NCBI GenBank assembly: GCA_009914755.4
Contig: CP086569.2
Coordinates: forward strand, 62,368,001 to 62,432,000
From: the human T2T-CHM13v2.0 reference genome, Homo sapiens
Reading direction: 5' to 3'
Length of the DNA stretch: 64,000 nt
In this document: positions 1-14,840 of the stretch, in pieces
How the letters are laid out: each line of letters opens with the position of its first letter
How positions within the stretch are numbered: position 1 is the first letter of the stretch
Made by a program: the position numbers and the translations under genes
Notes under the pieces: model-generated
Told to the model about the DNA's origin: nothing
The model's database searches: none
What the model saw: the letters and a program-made list of their open reading frames with translations, nothing else

Positions 1-2017
1 TTGTGAAACTTGAAAGAGAATAGACAGTATGACATATAGAATTAATACAAAACAGTTTAACAACCATTTAACTGCAGTGTAAGAAAATTGGACTGTAATC
101 ATATCGCTACTGGCATCTGTTATCTAGTATGCATTTCTGGTGTGTATCTGAAAGGAAGACATTTTCTACCCTAGATCCAATTGCATTTATTTATCAATAA
201 GTGCCATTAAATTGAAATTATATTACATTTTACACTTTCTCAATGAATGAACAAATTAGTCTGTAGAATCTAGCCACCTGTTTAGCCTAGTCATGTGCCT
301 TGAACATATATGTGTCCCATAATCTGGCTCATGGTACCTGTTCTTCTATCCAAACCTTTCAATTCATGCTACCTGATTCATTTATTTGACATAGATCTTA
401 GGCCCACTTGAACTCTTTTCTTGTTTATCTAGCATAGCACAAACGTTTTTCCAGTCTTCTTTATCAACACTAATGCCTCTTAATTGCATCAGTATTTCCT
501 ATTGGAAAATACATCTGTTCCAGAAAAACATTTGGCATTCCTGAATAATTTCCAAATGTTTTTAATCCAAAGAAAAAGGTTTAAAGCTTATTTCCCTTTC
601 TTATACACACCTGAATAAAATTGATGTGCATGTTTTAGGGATCAATTACCTAACTGTTCCTTGGTCTATTTATGTATAAGAATGCTTTTTAAAGCACATG
701 TCTCATTTTAAATGACGCACAAACTGAAGATGTTAATAAAATTTAAGAGTAATACAATGATTTGCTTGTTTTAGAAGTTCTTTCTGGAACCTAATTTCTT
801 CTGATGACATTTGCCATTGTTTACAGAACAAAAGTATTTTACTTATGCGGAAAATATATTAAGAAGTGTTACCTGGAGACTTCCAGTAAAGATCTGTAGC
901 ATAGTCTCAGGTGTGTAGAATTTCTTCAAAAGACACAAATGAACTTAAAAAATATATAGCCCATGCTGAAACCAATGAAAGATTCTGAGATGATCACACA
1001 GCCTTCACAACTATCGTCCTGAGTGCATGATTTAGACAGAACTGAAAAAGAACCCCAGGGATTTTCATCCAGTTTAGCACAATTCTGAAAAATCTTTCTA
1101 TCTAAAGTTAAATGACTGGTTCTGAAAGAGACTCAAGCGGAAGGCATAATGGTGGGAGGGAATAATTCATTATAGCAAACAGGGTACCTAAACAGAAATA
1201 AAAGAAAAACAGGCACAAATCAAATATACAAATAGATAGGTCACAACAAAATAATCAGTCACTTGGGACCTCTGAACATAAGGTGGCTAAAGTCAGGTAT
1301 AGAATATATTTTTGTACAGGCTGCAATAACTTAAAAACAGCCTATTTAAGTTCTCCCTAGGTTTTATCCAGATTTCAACTGAAATGTGCATTCTCTAACA
1401 GACACTTAGAGAAAAATAAAAGATGGTTATTTATTTGGTTATGAATAAAGAAAGAAGTGACACCAGCTATTTCTCTTTACTTCAAACCCTTGGCAAAAAA
1501 AAAAACAGTGTTACAATCCAAAAGTTTCCTTAATAGTGAATGTAGGTGCCTTTAGATAATGGTTTCTTCTTGCTTGACTCTTGGTATCTATCTTTTCTGG
1601 CCTCAAGATAGACAAAGATACTGGGTTGCTTCCCAGGGTATCTTGATGGAAATGAATGTAACAACAACAGCAGCACCGTAGACCCTACCAAAGTGTTCTA
1701 CATTAGAAGCAAGTCTATGTCTTGCAATGCCATCTTCTCAAGTATAATAAACAGGGTGGAAGTAGTGGTTGTGGTTGCCATGTATATCAGCGTGAATCCA
1801 GTGAAGACAGCAGAGGCAAGACAAGTGTTAGGGAAACAAAGAGTTTAATATAGGATTCAAGGTTACAAAAATGTGTGACAAACTGGGAAGTGAAGGTCTG
1901 GAAGGCAGGTACCAGAAGATCAGAAGAACAGTCCTAGTGCTTTCACTTGAGGCAGTGACATAGGCAGACAGGTCGGAGCTTGCTGGAAAACCTAAGAAGC
2001 CCTGTATGTCTGCTTGC

Positions 2018-2391
2018 TGATATGGTTTTGCTGTGTCCCCACCCAAATCTCGCCTTGAATTTTAATCCCTATAATCCCCACATGTCAAGGGAGGGACCTG
2101 GTGGGAGGTGATTGGACCATGGGGGCAGTTTCCTCCATGTTGTTCTCATGATAGTGAGGGAGTTCTCATGAGATCTGATGGTTTTATAAGTGTTCGACAG
2201 TTCCTCCTTCACACACTCACTCTCTCCTGATACCTTGTGAAGAAGGTGGCTGCTTCCCCTTCCACCATGATTGTAAGTTTCCTGAGGCCTCCCCAGCCTT
2301 GCGAAACTGTGAGTCAATTAAACCTCTTTCCTTTATTAACTGCCCAGTCTCGGGTAGTATCTGTACAGTAGTATGAGAGAAGACTAATACA
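2018..2391 (+). mobile_element. Solo THE1/MST-type (ERVL-MaLR) LTR
   Basis: Begins TGATATGG..GTCCCCACCCAAATCTC and ends ..GACTAATACA like the THE1/MST LTR consensus as I recall it. 5-bp direct repeat cttgc at 2013-2017 and 2392-2396 flanks it (target-site duplication). Confidence 0.75.
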
Positions 2392-4554
2392 CTTGCCAAA
2401 GTTGGTGTGTGAAGAGAGACATGTGGAAAGGTTTATGGAAGCCACAGCTTCAGTAGATCTGATGCCAAGTACCAAGTAGTAGGCTTGCAGCCCCAGTTGG
2501 TTAGCATGACTAACAGTCCACAGAATGAGTTGGATGTGGAATGGAAAAGGTTGAGGAAAAGCTGCGACACACCAGGCACCTAAGCATCTTTGTATCCTTT
2601 GAAGGGTACTGGCCTCTACTTTTGTTCTGCTTTCCAAGTCTCATATAAGTGCAACTCACTGAGAAAGGCTAACCCTAAAACCATCTAGGGTAAGGGGATT
2701 CTATGAAATTCTCAGCTTCTGGCAAAAGCAATGGTGCCAGTCTAGCATAGCCCAGTTCCTCCTAGACTCATTCATAGTATTGGCTCTACTGCTTTGTCAA
2801 GACAATTTTGGTAAGTTAAAGCATTCTTCTGGTCAGAATACACTGTACAAAATTATTTTGGGTTCGTGCTATTTATTAAGCCCAAACAATCTAAATCCAA
2901 AATGCTGTGACTTTTTACATCTCTTCCAAAGAGAAAAAAAATCATGGCAATATTCTGTATAAGAAAACTAACATGCACGGGCTGACACCATGTTTTTTCT
3001 TTTTAAATCCCCATTGCAAGTTTAGAAAAGCACAAAGAAAACTTTAAGAAGTCTCATAGAGAATATTGAACTCAAGACTGCAACTTACAGACTTTCACTG
3101 CTGGCCAAGATGGAGTAACAGATACAGGGCATTTACCTACCTGCGTGAAATAACACCCCCGGAAAGACAAAATATATGAAGCAACAGTTTTCAAGACACT
3201 GGACACTAGGCAACAAAGGACAGTGATCTTTCGAAGAGTTGAATCCTACAATTGTACCAGCTTATTCTGAGGAGAGAGTAACTAGGTCATAATACAATGA
3301 GGAGGAACCCAGGCAGAGCCTGGCAGATTCCCTGGGTTGAGATGTGACTTGAGATTTCCAGGAAGATCAAGACAGATGTCTTTGCAGGATAGAGTACTAG
3401 AGAGGAGAGAGCTGCACAGAAAGGACTCTAGATCTGAGGAAACTACTCAATGGCAGAGAAAGAACCACCCGAAAAAAGATTAGACGGAAGAGTTTCCTGC
3501 ACTCACGCAGTACCAGAAGTAGTGCCTGTATATGCATTCAAACTGGAAAATTTCATGAATCACAGAGTATTTGATAGAGTACCCAGAAAGGTCTTACCTC
3601 AGTAATGGAGAATAAATAACCCTAGTCCAGAGCTTCTCAACCTTGGCACTGTTGGCATTTGGAGCCAGATATTTTTTGTCATGTGGGGCTGTCCTGTGCA
3701 TTGTATTATAGTATTTTGCCAGCATCCCTGGCCATCAATCTACTAGATGCCAGGGCCACTGTCTTCCCAGTTCTGACAACCAAAAACCTTCCAAATGATT
3801 TCACAAAGTTGGGAAGACAAAATTGTCCCTGATTGAGAACCATTGCTGTAGACTAAACACACCTCTCATCCAGCTTGATACATTTTAAAAGTAAGACCTG
3901 AGATGATGAAATTGTTTTCCAGGTAACTGCATCCCAGAACAAACCTCAAGAATATATTTATGGAAACACAAACACAGCACGCAAATTAAAATTCAATGTG
4001 TAAGGCAGCAAATACAAAATTACCGGTCACACAAAGAAGCAGGAAAATATGACCAACGATAAGATAAAAAAATTTATCAATTTAAATAAATGGAGAACTG
4101 ACATGTTAGAATTAGCAAAGATATAAAAACAGCTATTAATGTTGTATTACATGTGTTCTAAAAGGTAAGCAGAGGCATGAAATAAAAAGGCACATTTAAT
4201 TTCTAGAAATTAAGACTAGGATATCTGAGATGTAAAATACACAGGATTGGATTAATGACCTAGTAGACATAGCAGAAGTAGAAATTACTGACCTTGAAGA
4301 CTAAGCAATAGAAACTCTCCAAATGAAACACATCAATTAAAAGATAAAGTGTTAAATGTCAAAGTGTATTTTTAGAGTCAACTCTTATCTTTAAGAAACT
4401 CACTTAAAATGTTAATATAGGTTAAAAGTAAAAGCATGGGAAAATATACCATGCAGACAGTAATGAGAAAACTGCAGTAGATGTCAGAGCAAAGGATATT
4501 GCCAGGGATAGAGAAGATTGTTTCATAATGATAAGTGGGTAAATTCATCAGGTG

Positions 4555-6025
<1,471 letters not shown>

Positions 6026-6484
6026 GTTCTCCAGATATCCTTGGACCATCCCAGTTCTCCCTTCTTTCTCACTCGTAATTTTCAAGAATAATTGTAGAAT
6101 GTCTGGGAATGCAACACCCTGAGATAAGGAAGAGCTAGTTGGAACAGCCCAGGCTTTGTTCCAGTGCCCCTCACCCAGAACAGGATGTCATACGACGCTT
6201 TAGACAAGTAGTTCCTGTACTCCCCAGGGTATAAAATCCAGAGCAAACTGCTTTCCAGGATCCTTCAATTGCAGTGCAAGTGAGGCATGCACAGACAAGA
6301 CTCTATCTGCCCTGAGCAGCTTTCCTGAACCTTGGGGGACTGGCTCACAGTGAATCCTAGGCTTCTGTTTTCTCTTACTGCCTATTTGTAATTAATACAT
6401 TTGCTTCATCATATAACTTGTCTCACCAGACCCAGACAAGTTGGTAAGCAGTGCACAGTGAACCTGCTTTATGCAAGTTTATGG

Positions 6485-9030
6485 CTGGGGCTGGAAATGG
6501 TAATGGGATTGGGATTAGCTAGGTTTGGATTCTAGTTCAGGTTCAGATTTGGATTTAGGGTTTTCATGTTCAGGTTCAGGCTCTATCTTGGGTTTGGAGT
6601 TTAGTAGTTTGGGTTCAAGGTTCAGGTCTGGATTCAGATTTACAATTTGGGGTTTGGGTTCAGGATTATGATTTAGGTTTGGAGTCGGTGCTGGAGTGAT
6701 TCACATTTGGGCTTGAGCTCTCACTCAGGTTTAGTTTTAAGTTTTAAGCCTGAGGTATCACTCTCATTCAATGTCAGAATTTAAGAGCAAATTTGATTGG
6801 AATTTGGTTTAAGATTACAGTTAGTGTTAGGGTTGAGTTCACGGTTTAAGTCGTGTTTTGAGTTTAGGTTTAGATTGGATTTATGGTTTGGGCGTGGGCT
6901 TGGGCTCAGACTCTGGCAATGGTTTTATGTTCAGGGATTTAGGCTTGGGTACGAATTCAGGTTAGAGTTGCTATTTGGCTCCAGGTCAAACTCAGGGCAT
7001 GGGTCAGGTATTAGGTATATGATTGGAATAGAGGTCCGGGTTTGGGTGTGGTCTTGTTTGGATGCAGGGGTTGACTTGAGTTCAAGTTTGGATTTAGGGG
7101 TCTGGGCTGAGGACAATGTTGGCTCTAATTTATGGTTGTGGTTGGTTTTGGAATGTGGTTCAGGTTAGAGTTTTGGGCTCAGGTTTGAACTAGTGCTCTG
7201 CTCACACTGGAGTTGGTGCCATGGATGGGGACGGGGTTTGGGCCAGTGTTGAGGCTGGGTTTGAGTTTGGGACCATGGAAAAGGTTGAAGTTGAGGTTAG
7301 TGTTGGGATCAGGATTTGGGTAAAGGATCAGGTCAGGGTTTGGAATTAAGTCAGGATATGATCCCTCAGCCTGGGCCTTGCCTCAGACTTGGTTTTAGAG
7401 TTTGGGTTTTGAATTCAGGTTAGTGGTCAGGTGCAGTGTTCTAGTCATGTTTGGAGTTTGAGTTTAGGGTTAGAGTATCAATTTGAGTTTGGGTTCATGC
7501 TTAGGCCTTCTTTTGGGGGCTAGGTTGAGGTCAAGGTGTAGCTCAGGCATAGGGTTTAGGTTTGGGTTTGGTTTTAGGATTCAGGCTTGGGCTGGGGTGT
7601 AGTTAGGTTCCAGTTAGGTTCTAGTTCAGGATTTCGGAGTTAAATTTTAGGTTCACATTCAGAGTTTGGATTGCGGTTCACATTCATGCCCAGACTTGGG
7701 CTTTGACTCCATTTCAATATTATGGCTAAGGGCTTTGGATTAGGATTTTGATTGGGGTTCAGGTTTTGCCTTTAGGTTTGAGTCAGGCTTTAATGTTTAG
7801 AGTTTGAGTAAATTATGCTTTAATTTCAGAGTTTGGATTTAGGTTATATTTCAGGTTTAGGGCTTTAGTTTGGTGTAGTTGTGGTTGGGGACAGGGTTTG
7901 GAACCCAGGTTTGGTTCTGGGTTGAAGTCAGCATTGTGGTTGGGATTCAGGTTGGTGTTTGGTTCAAAATGGGTTTTGGGATTTGGCTTTGGCTCAAGCT
8001 CAGGCTCTATTTCTAGCTTGACAGCTCAAGCTCTCACTGGTGCTGGGACTGGGATTGATGTCAAGTGTGGGTGTGGGATGTCAGGGTTGGGTTTGGGGTT
8101 GGGGGCAGGATTTGAATTGGGTTTTTTATGGTGCTCAGGCTTGAGTCCTGACTTGGCTTTGTTTTGGGGTTTAGGGATTCCAGCTTGGGTTCAGGCTTTA
8201 GAAATTTGAGTTAGGTTCTAGTTCAGGTTTGTGTATATGGGTTTAGATTGGAGGTTGAGGTTGGAGTTTTTGGTTTTAAGAATTTAGGGTTGGGTATGTG
8301 GTTGGGGTTAGGAACGGTTGGGGACAGAGTTCAAGTCAGGGTCGATTTGGGGGTTGGGGTAAGGGTTTGGACTCAGCTTGGACTCAGTTCTCAGGCTGGG
8401 GCTTGGCATGGGCTGGAGCTGGCACTTGGACTTGGCCTGTTCTTTGAATGTACTGGGGCTAAGGCTTAGCCTGAATTGGGGATAGGGTTCAGGTTGTGAC
8501 TAGAGTTTTTTGTTTCTGATTATGTTTGGATTAGGGTTGGGGTTGAGGTCAAAGTTCGGGGTTGGAATTTCATCAGGAGTATTGATCAGGATTCAGATCA
8601 AGCTCTGATTCAGGCTTGGTTTGGGCATTTAAGGGTATGAGTTCTTGTTCATGTTTACAGTTTGGGTCCTGGTTCATGTTTAGGGTTAAGGTTAATTTTA
8701 GGGTTGAAGTTCAGGTTCATATTCTGGTTGAGAGTTCACCTTTGGGTTTGAGTTGGCTTTACAGTTTAGGGTTCATGTTTGTGTTCTCCTTTGGATTTGT
8801 CTTTAGGGTTTAGATGTGAGGTCTGAGTAGTAGTCAAGTACGATTTTAAAGTTTAGGGTTGGTGTTGTGGTCAGAGTTGCTTTTGGTGTAGTGTCTAGGT
8901 TCATGCTCAGGTTTGTACCAGGGCTGAAGCTAGGGCTTGGCTTGGGTTGGGTTAGGGTTAGGGTAGGGTTGGGGTGCTGGTTTTGACTAGAACTTGGGCT
9001 AGGATTGAGTTGGGGCTGCTTTGGATTATT
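6485..9030 (+). repeat. Degenerate telomere-like hexamer array, block 3 (largest)
   Basis: About 2.5 kb of GGTTTG/GGTTCA/GGGTTA/GAGTTT hexamers. Best-preserved canonical stretch gggttgggttagggttagggtagggttggggt at about 8941-8975. Six-frame ORFs translate as GLGLG or PNPNP because of the 6-nt periodicity. Confidence 0.8.
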
Positions 9031-9577
9031 GTGATTGTGTCGTGGAACCCCAGATTCAAACTCGTGTACCCAATGCACAGCTGAAGCCAAACACCGAGAC
9101 ACCAGTTCTTAGAGATAGAGAAAGGTTTATTAGATTTTGCCAAAGCAAGAAGGCGGGAGAGCAAGATCTGTCAAATCTGCCTTAACAAAAAGATGCAGCA
9201 AGGAGTTTTTATGCAGCTAGGGAATAAGGGAGTATTTCAGAGAACTGAAGGGCAACGTCTGTGTTTCTTCAATCTCAGATAACACCTGGAACAACCAGAC
9301 TTCTGGGCATCAACAGCTGGTCGCAATGTCCTTCAAAACATTCATTCCTTCTGCCATTTTTTTTTTTTCGTGGCCCTGAAGTTATCTCCTCCTGCTTGAC
9401 AAAGAAAGAATATGTCAGTAGTTTATAATTATATTGTGGAAACAAGGAATAATGGGCCAAAAATGAGTAGTTAACATGTTTAAGCAGTGGTCTGATCAGA
9501 ATTTTCATTATTTCAGTCACTAAAATGCTGGGATGCTGAAATCTCAAGGGGCCTGATTACAGTTGGATTAGGGTGGC

Positions 9578-10010
9578 ATGGAGTCAAAGTTGGGAACAGC
9601 ATTGGCCTTGATATGGACTGGTGTTCTGTCTTGTTTAGGCTTGGGCTCTGACTTGGGCTTGGTTTTAGGTTCAGGTTCAAATGTTCAGGTTCAGGTTCTG
9701 ACTTGTGTTCAGTGTTTGGCTTTTAGTTGGGATTTAGTATTAGGGTTAGTATTAGGATGGGCTTGGGGTTTGGCTTGTTTGTCAGGTCAATGTTAGAATT
9801 GGGGTTCTAGGGCTAAGTTTTAGGGTTTAGGGGTTCAAGTACATGTTCTGGTTCACATGTAAGTATAGTGTTCTGGGATTTTGGTGGGGTTCAGCTTTGG
9901 GTTTGATTGGGGTTTGTGGTTGGGCTTGAACTTGGACTCTCACTTGTGCTCAGTTTCAATGTATAGGGGGGTTCGTGTGCTGGTTCAGTTTTAGTGTTGT
10001 GTTTCAAAGA
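9578..10010 (+). repeat. Degenerate telomere-like hexamer array, block 4
   Basis: Same repeat type, separated from block 3 by a 550-bp non-repetitive island (9030-9577). Confidence 0.7.
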
Positions 10011-10311
10011 CCAGAGCCAAGATCACAATGGTAGAAGGCAGATTTAACCCAGAGGAGAGCAGACCCCAGAGTGCAGGGGGCGGGGTCCTGAGCTTAAAGG
10101 GTGGCATCGCCCTGGAGTTAGAGGAAACAGCCTGGCCCCAAATGGTGAAGCTGTGGAAACAAAAGGCTGAGCCACATGAGCATAGGCAGAGGCCTGAGCT
10201 TCAGGCCCAGGGTGAGCAGTCTCATCCTTAGATGGAGGAGCAGTGGGTGCAGCTGGGAACAAAAGAATGAGCCATGCCCCCAGAGGGCAGAACCGCAGGC
10301 CCAGATGTCAG

Positions 10312-11235
10312 TTTCATGGTTAAGGGTTTAGGTTTGGGTTAGAGTTTGGGATTAGTGTTTATGGTTAAAATTAGAGGTACAGTAATGGTTGTAATTGGAG
10401 TTAGGTTTGGGTTTGGCTTTGACTTTGGGGCTTGGTATGGTTCAGGTTTATGCCTGGGTTGGGCTCCTGATTTAAGCTTGGTTTTAAAGTTTAGAAGTTT
10501 GGACTAAGGTTTTATTCAGCTTCAATGTTTGGCTTCAGGTTTCAGCTTGGGTTTAGAGTTTAGGTTTTGGGTCAGGTTACATTCGGTTTAAAGTTTGAGT
10601 TTGTGTTCAATTCTGGTTAAGGATTTTGGATTGGTGTAGGGGTCAGGGTTCAGGTCATGATCTGTTTGGAATTCAGAGTTTGGATTTGGGTTCAAGTTTG
10701 GGATCGAGGTTTATGGTAAGGGTTAGGGTTGGAATTGGAGTTGGGGTTTGATTCAGATTTGGATTGCAGTTTATGATGTCCTGGCCTGTGCATAGGCTCT
10801 GAATAAAGCTTGACTTTAGAGTTTAGGGGGTTGAATTAGGGTTTTGGTTCATGTTCATAGTTCACCTTCTGGTTCAACTTCAGGTTGGTATTGATGTTAT
10901 GGATGGGATCAGGTTTGATGTCAGTGTCTGATTGGAATCTGGTTGGGGTTTGGGATTAGACTCTTGACTTGGGCTGGATTTTAGGGTATAGGACTTTGGC
11001 CTCAATTTGGGTTAGGGTTTAGTGTTTAGGACTAGGGTTCAGATGTGGATAGGATTTGTGGTTTTGTATTGAGGTCACGGTTATGATTGACAAACAGGTC
11101 ACATAAAGAGTTTAGGATTGTGGTTGGGACTTGGGCTTAGGCTCAGGATAGGGTTAATAGGTTTCAGTTGGATCCTAGTTTACATTTGGATTAAGTGTCA
11201 AGATTTCTGGATTTGGGTTCAAGTGTGGGGATGGT
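10312..11235 (+). repeat. Degenerate telomere-like hexamer array, block 5
   Basis: Same repeat type after a 300-bp unique island (10010-10310). Confidence 0.75.
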
Positions 11236-11699
11236 TTTGTAACAGTGAAACAGCAAAAAAACTAACATAACTAATTCTATTTTTGTTTAAGGGACATTTA
11301 CCCATTCCTGCACATAGGCTAGGATAATTTTAGAGCACTGAGATAATATGGAAAAACAGCAATCACGTAGCTTTTAAAACTAACTCTGAGATTAAAGAAA
11401 AAAGCATGTAAACAACTAACTGTGTTTTGTTAAAAGACTTATAGGAGCATTGTGACCTGACCAAGGACAAAGAATTTCCCAACCTCCTCGGGCCCTCACT
11501 GGCGCCCAGATGTCTGAAGTTGTTGGTCACTTCTAGATCCCAACTCCTTCCTCTACCTCTTGCCTTTAACATTAAAAGAACCTAAAATTTATAGTGACTT
11601 AAGATGATACTTTAGGATGCTAGCATGTCATTTTCTAGGTTTGCTGGCTTTCTTAATAAACCTGCTTTTCCTCTCACCTCCTGTCTCTTGAGTTTTGTC

Positions 11700-12135
11700 T
11701 TTCAAGTAGCAAGCAGCTGAACCTGGGTTCAGTTACAATTTCAGGATACAGGCTCAATTCTGGTTTAGGACTTACGGTGGGTGTTACCACTAGGGTTAGG
11801 GTGAAATTGATGTTGAGTTTCACTTTGGGATAATATTGAGTTTTGATTATGGTTTCAGATTTAGGCACTCAAGTTGAACTGGGGAAAATTGAGTTAGGGT
11901 TAGAGTCAGAAGTCTAGGTCAGGTTAAAGGTCAGGATCAAAGTTAGGGGTCAGAGATTGGGTCAGGGTCAGGGTCTGGGTTATAAATATGGGTTGGGGTT
12001 GGTGTCTGGATCTGGGTTGGGTAGGGGTTGGGGTCAGGGTCAGGGTTGGATCAGGGTCAGTGTCAGCATAGGGTTAAGTTTAGGGGTTAGGGTTAGGTTT
12101 TGGATCAGTGTTGGGGTCAGGGTCGTTATCACATT
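11700..12135 (+). repeat. Degenerate telomere-like hexamer array, block 6 (GGGTCA/GGGTTA variant)
   Basis: ggtcagggtcagggtctgggttat..gggttggggtcagggtcagggttggatcagggtcag. This is the distal end of the array. Confidence 0.7.
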
Positions 12136-12149
12136 TTCCTCATTAGTTT

Positions 12150-12640
12150 AGCTTTATAATAAGTGTTAGGGTACAGATGTGTGAGTTTCTTAAGTTTGTG
12201 TTTATTCAGTGTTGTCTATTATAGGTTTAGAAACAGTTTGCTGGGAATTTAATTGAGATTGCACTGAATATATAGATCAACTTTGAAGGAATTTTTATCT
12301 TAACTATGTCTAGTCTACCAATGGTGAATAAGGAATATCTCTGCATTTATTTACGTTTTGTTTCTTTTAACTGTGTTTCTAGTTTTTATGAATGCATATG
12401 TGTACCTTTTTAAAAAATTTATACTTAAGAACTTTAATTTTGAGGCCTGCTGTTGTAAATGATATTGATTTTTTTAAATACTGTATTCCAGCTTTCAAAT
12501 TCCAGTTTTATCCATACATAATTGCTGATACGTAGGACATCAATTGACTTTTGTCCGTTGACCATCTACTTTGCTTTTTATCTCTATCCATTTTGGTCAA
12601 GGCAAGGGATGGTAGGCTCTCTTTCAGTTTTAATTTCCAA
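12150..12640 (+). mobile_element. LINE-1-like fragment (old L1 ORF2 3' region), tentative
   Basis: AT-rich sequence with weak resemblance to the L1 ORF2 3' segment (..ccaatggtgaataaggaatatctctgcatttatt..). No ORF. Confidence 0.3.
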
Positions 12641-13515
12641 AATCATGGCATGGAATTATCAGAACAATGGATTTTCAGAGATTCACGGGGACCGCAGGAC
12701 CGCAGGCCTATGGGCACCACTAAATCGTGAGCGCCTGAGCATCCTGTACTGCCCCCAACGGCCTGTAGGGGCATGCAAACCCACCTTTTTGGACCCTCAT
12801 GAGGCCCCCATGTTCTCTGCGTAGACATCCGGCACCTCCACAGTGAGGACCAAGCTTTGTTCTCAGGTTTCACCCAGGAGGTGCTGCTGTGGCTACAGGA
12901 CAGCTGGGGGCCATGCCCAGGGAGGACCCAAATCTCCTTCTCCTCAGGACCCACCTGGGAGACCCCTCTGTGGCTAAGGAACACCTGGGGGTCGTGCCCA
13001 GGGAGGACCCAAGCCTCCTTCTGCTCAGGAGGGACCTGGGGAAGCACCCTGGCTTCAGGACACCTGAAGGTGAGGAATAAGGTTCCTGTCCATGCCCTGA
13101 GTGCAGAGGAGGGAACGCTGCCATATGTTTTACTTTCTCATGTTGTTAGGGATCCTTGGGGTGTTACTTTTCTGGCCGGAAACCTTTGTGGCTAGTGGAG
13201 CCTTTGCTGCAGTTTTACCCTGGCCCGCTGGACTCGTTCTACCCACTTGGCCTGGTAGGCTGCACTCAGCTCATGCTACTGGCCTGGAGCCCATGCCTGC
13301 CAAGGGCGAGTCAGGCGTGGAGTGGTGAGGGGTGTCTGAGCGATTGTAGGGTCTGGCCACTGCACAGCAGGCAGCTCAGGGTGCCGGCATGGGTGCTGGC
13401 TCTCTGCAAGGCTGTAGCTGGACTCTCTTTTCGGACTCAGCCCACCTGCACCCAGGTGAAATAAACAGCCTTGGTGCTCACACAAAGCCTGTTTGGTGGT
13501 CTCTTCACGCTGACG
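12640..13515 (+). mobile_element. HERV-H LTR7-family LTR (3' part matches LTR7 U5)
   Basis: 13415-13515 reads ctggactctcttttcggactcagcccacctgcacccaggtgaaataaacagccttggtgctcacacaaagcctgtttggtggtctcttcacgctgacgcgcgtgaca. This is essentially the LTR7 U5/R consensus with an AATAAA signal. The upstream U3-like part is divergent, so it may be an LTR7 variant. Confidence 0.5.
12880..13040 (+). repeat. Tandem duplication (about 75-bp unit x2) inside LTR7-like U3
   Basis: ..gctgggggccatgcccagggaggacccaaatctccttctcctcagga.. repeated as ..acctgggggtcgtgcccagggaggacccaagcctccttctgctcagga.. Confidence 0.55.
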
Positions 13516-14840
13516 CGCGTGACACCAATGATGACCTTAAGTGATTTTTAATTAACTTCAGCTTAATAGGCCATCATTTTCAGGACCCAACTGTTAAAAG
13601 ACAAAATTACAGCACATCTAGGTTTGCAGATCTTAATTGGCTTTTGTTTGAGATTCTAGAATCAGGCAGCAGTCCGGACCAAAAATGGTCCAGAATGCTC
13701 TGCCACATGACATCTGCAGGTTATGTTTATAACCACAGAAAAGAAAGTGACATACAGAAAACAAGTGAAATACAGAGACAGCTCCATTGGTTACAGCCTG
13801 GATTTGCCTTTATGGAACCTAGTTTGAACAGTTGGCCGCCTGCCATTGGCTGACACTTGGCAGCTGTGATTGGTTTAGCCTCAGCTATTTGTTATAAAGA
13901 CAGATTTCTAAGTCAGATTTTCAGTTTGTTTATATACTAACTTAGGTTGTAGTTCTTTACAAGGACTCGTTGGGAGGCTTCTAAAGCCCAAATTTAGTTT
14001 AACAACTCCCTCCTTTTGGTCAGCCTTTTAATTTTGAGAAATTGACCAAAACTTTTGGGCATTGTCACCATGACTCCACTCTCTGTCATCATTATAAATG
14101 GGCTTATTTGGTCTCAGTATGGAATTCAGAAGTTCTTATTTGGTCTCAGTTCCCACTGGGCAATAGCAGAACAGTGAGTTTTGTAAGATGGAAACAAGGA
14201 AACAGAACAATGGAAAATAACAGCTGATTGGTTATGTAAACCAAAAATAAGATTCTAAGGCCCCCAACCACCTGAATGGACTCCTCTCAGCCAAGGGGAT
14301 TGCAGAGTTAACCTGAAAATCTAGTTCAGACCATTGTGGAAGAGGGGGTTGGACATGCCTCATTACACCCCTCCAGCATTAACATCAACACAGACCTTAG
14401 GTCTGATAAGAAACGTTTATAATCTTTTTTTCTCTGAAGCCTGCTACTTGGAGGCTTCATCTGCATAATAAAACCTAGGTCTCCATAACCCCTTATCCAC
14501 CCAGACATTCCTTCCTACTGATAATAACTCTTTCAACTAATTCCCAATCAGAAAATTTTTAAATCTATCTATGACCTGGAAGCCCCCACCCCGAGTTGTT
14601 CCACCTTTCCAGATCAAACCAGTGTAAATCTTACATGTGTTGATTGATGTATTATGTCTCCCTAAAATGTATAAAGCAAGCTGTACCCTTACCAACTTGG
14701 GTAAATGTCATCGGGACCCCCTGAGGCTGTGTCACGGGTGTGTCCTTAATCTTGACAAAATAAACTTTCTAAATTCACTGAGACCTGTCTCAGATATTTT
14801 GGGTTCAGTTAATATCAGGTCCCTTTTTGGGTAAGGGTTA
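13516..14840 (+). mobile_element. Unclassified ERV LTR-like element (CCAAT-rich U3, AATAAA near 3' end)
   Basis: Three CCAAT/ATTGG boxes plus a TATAAA-like motif at about 13790-13900. AATAAA at about 14760. The last 450 bp (14380-14840) are about 75% identical to 37510-37930. The multi-CCAAT architecture is reminiscent of LTR12/HERV9-type LTRs, but the family is not confirmed. Confidence 0.4.
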
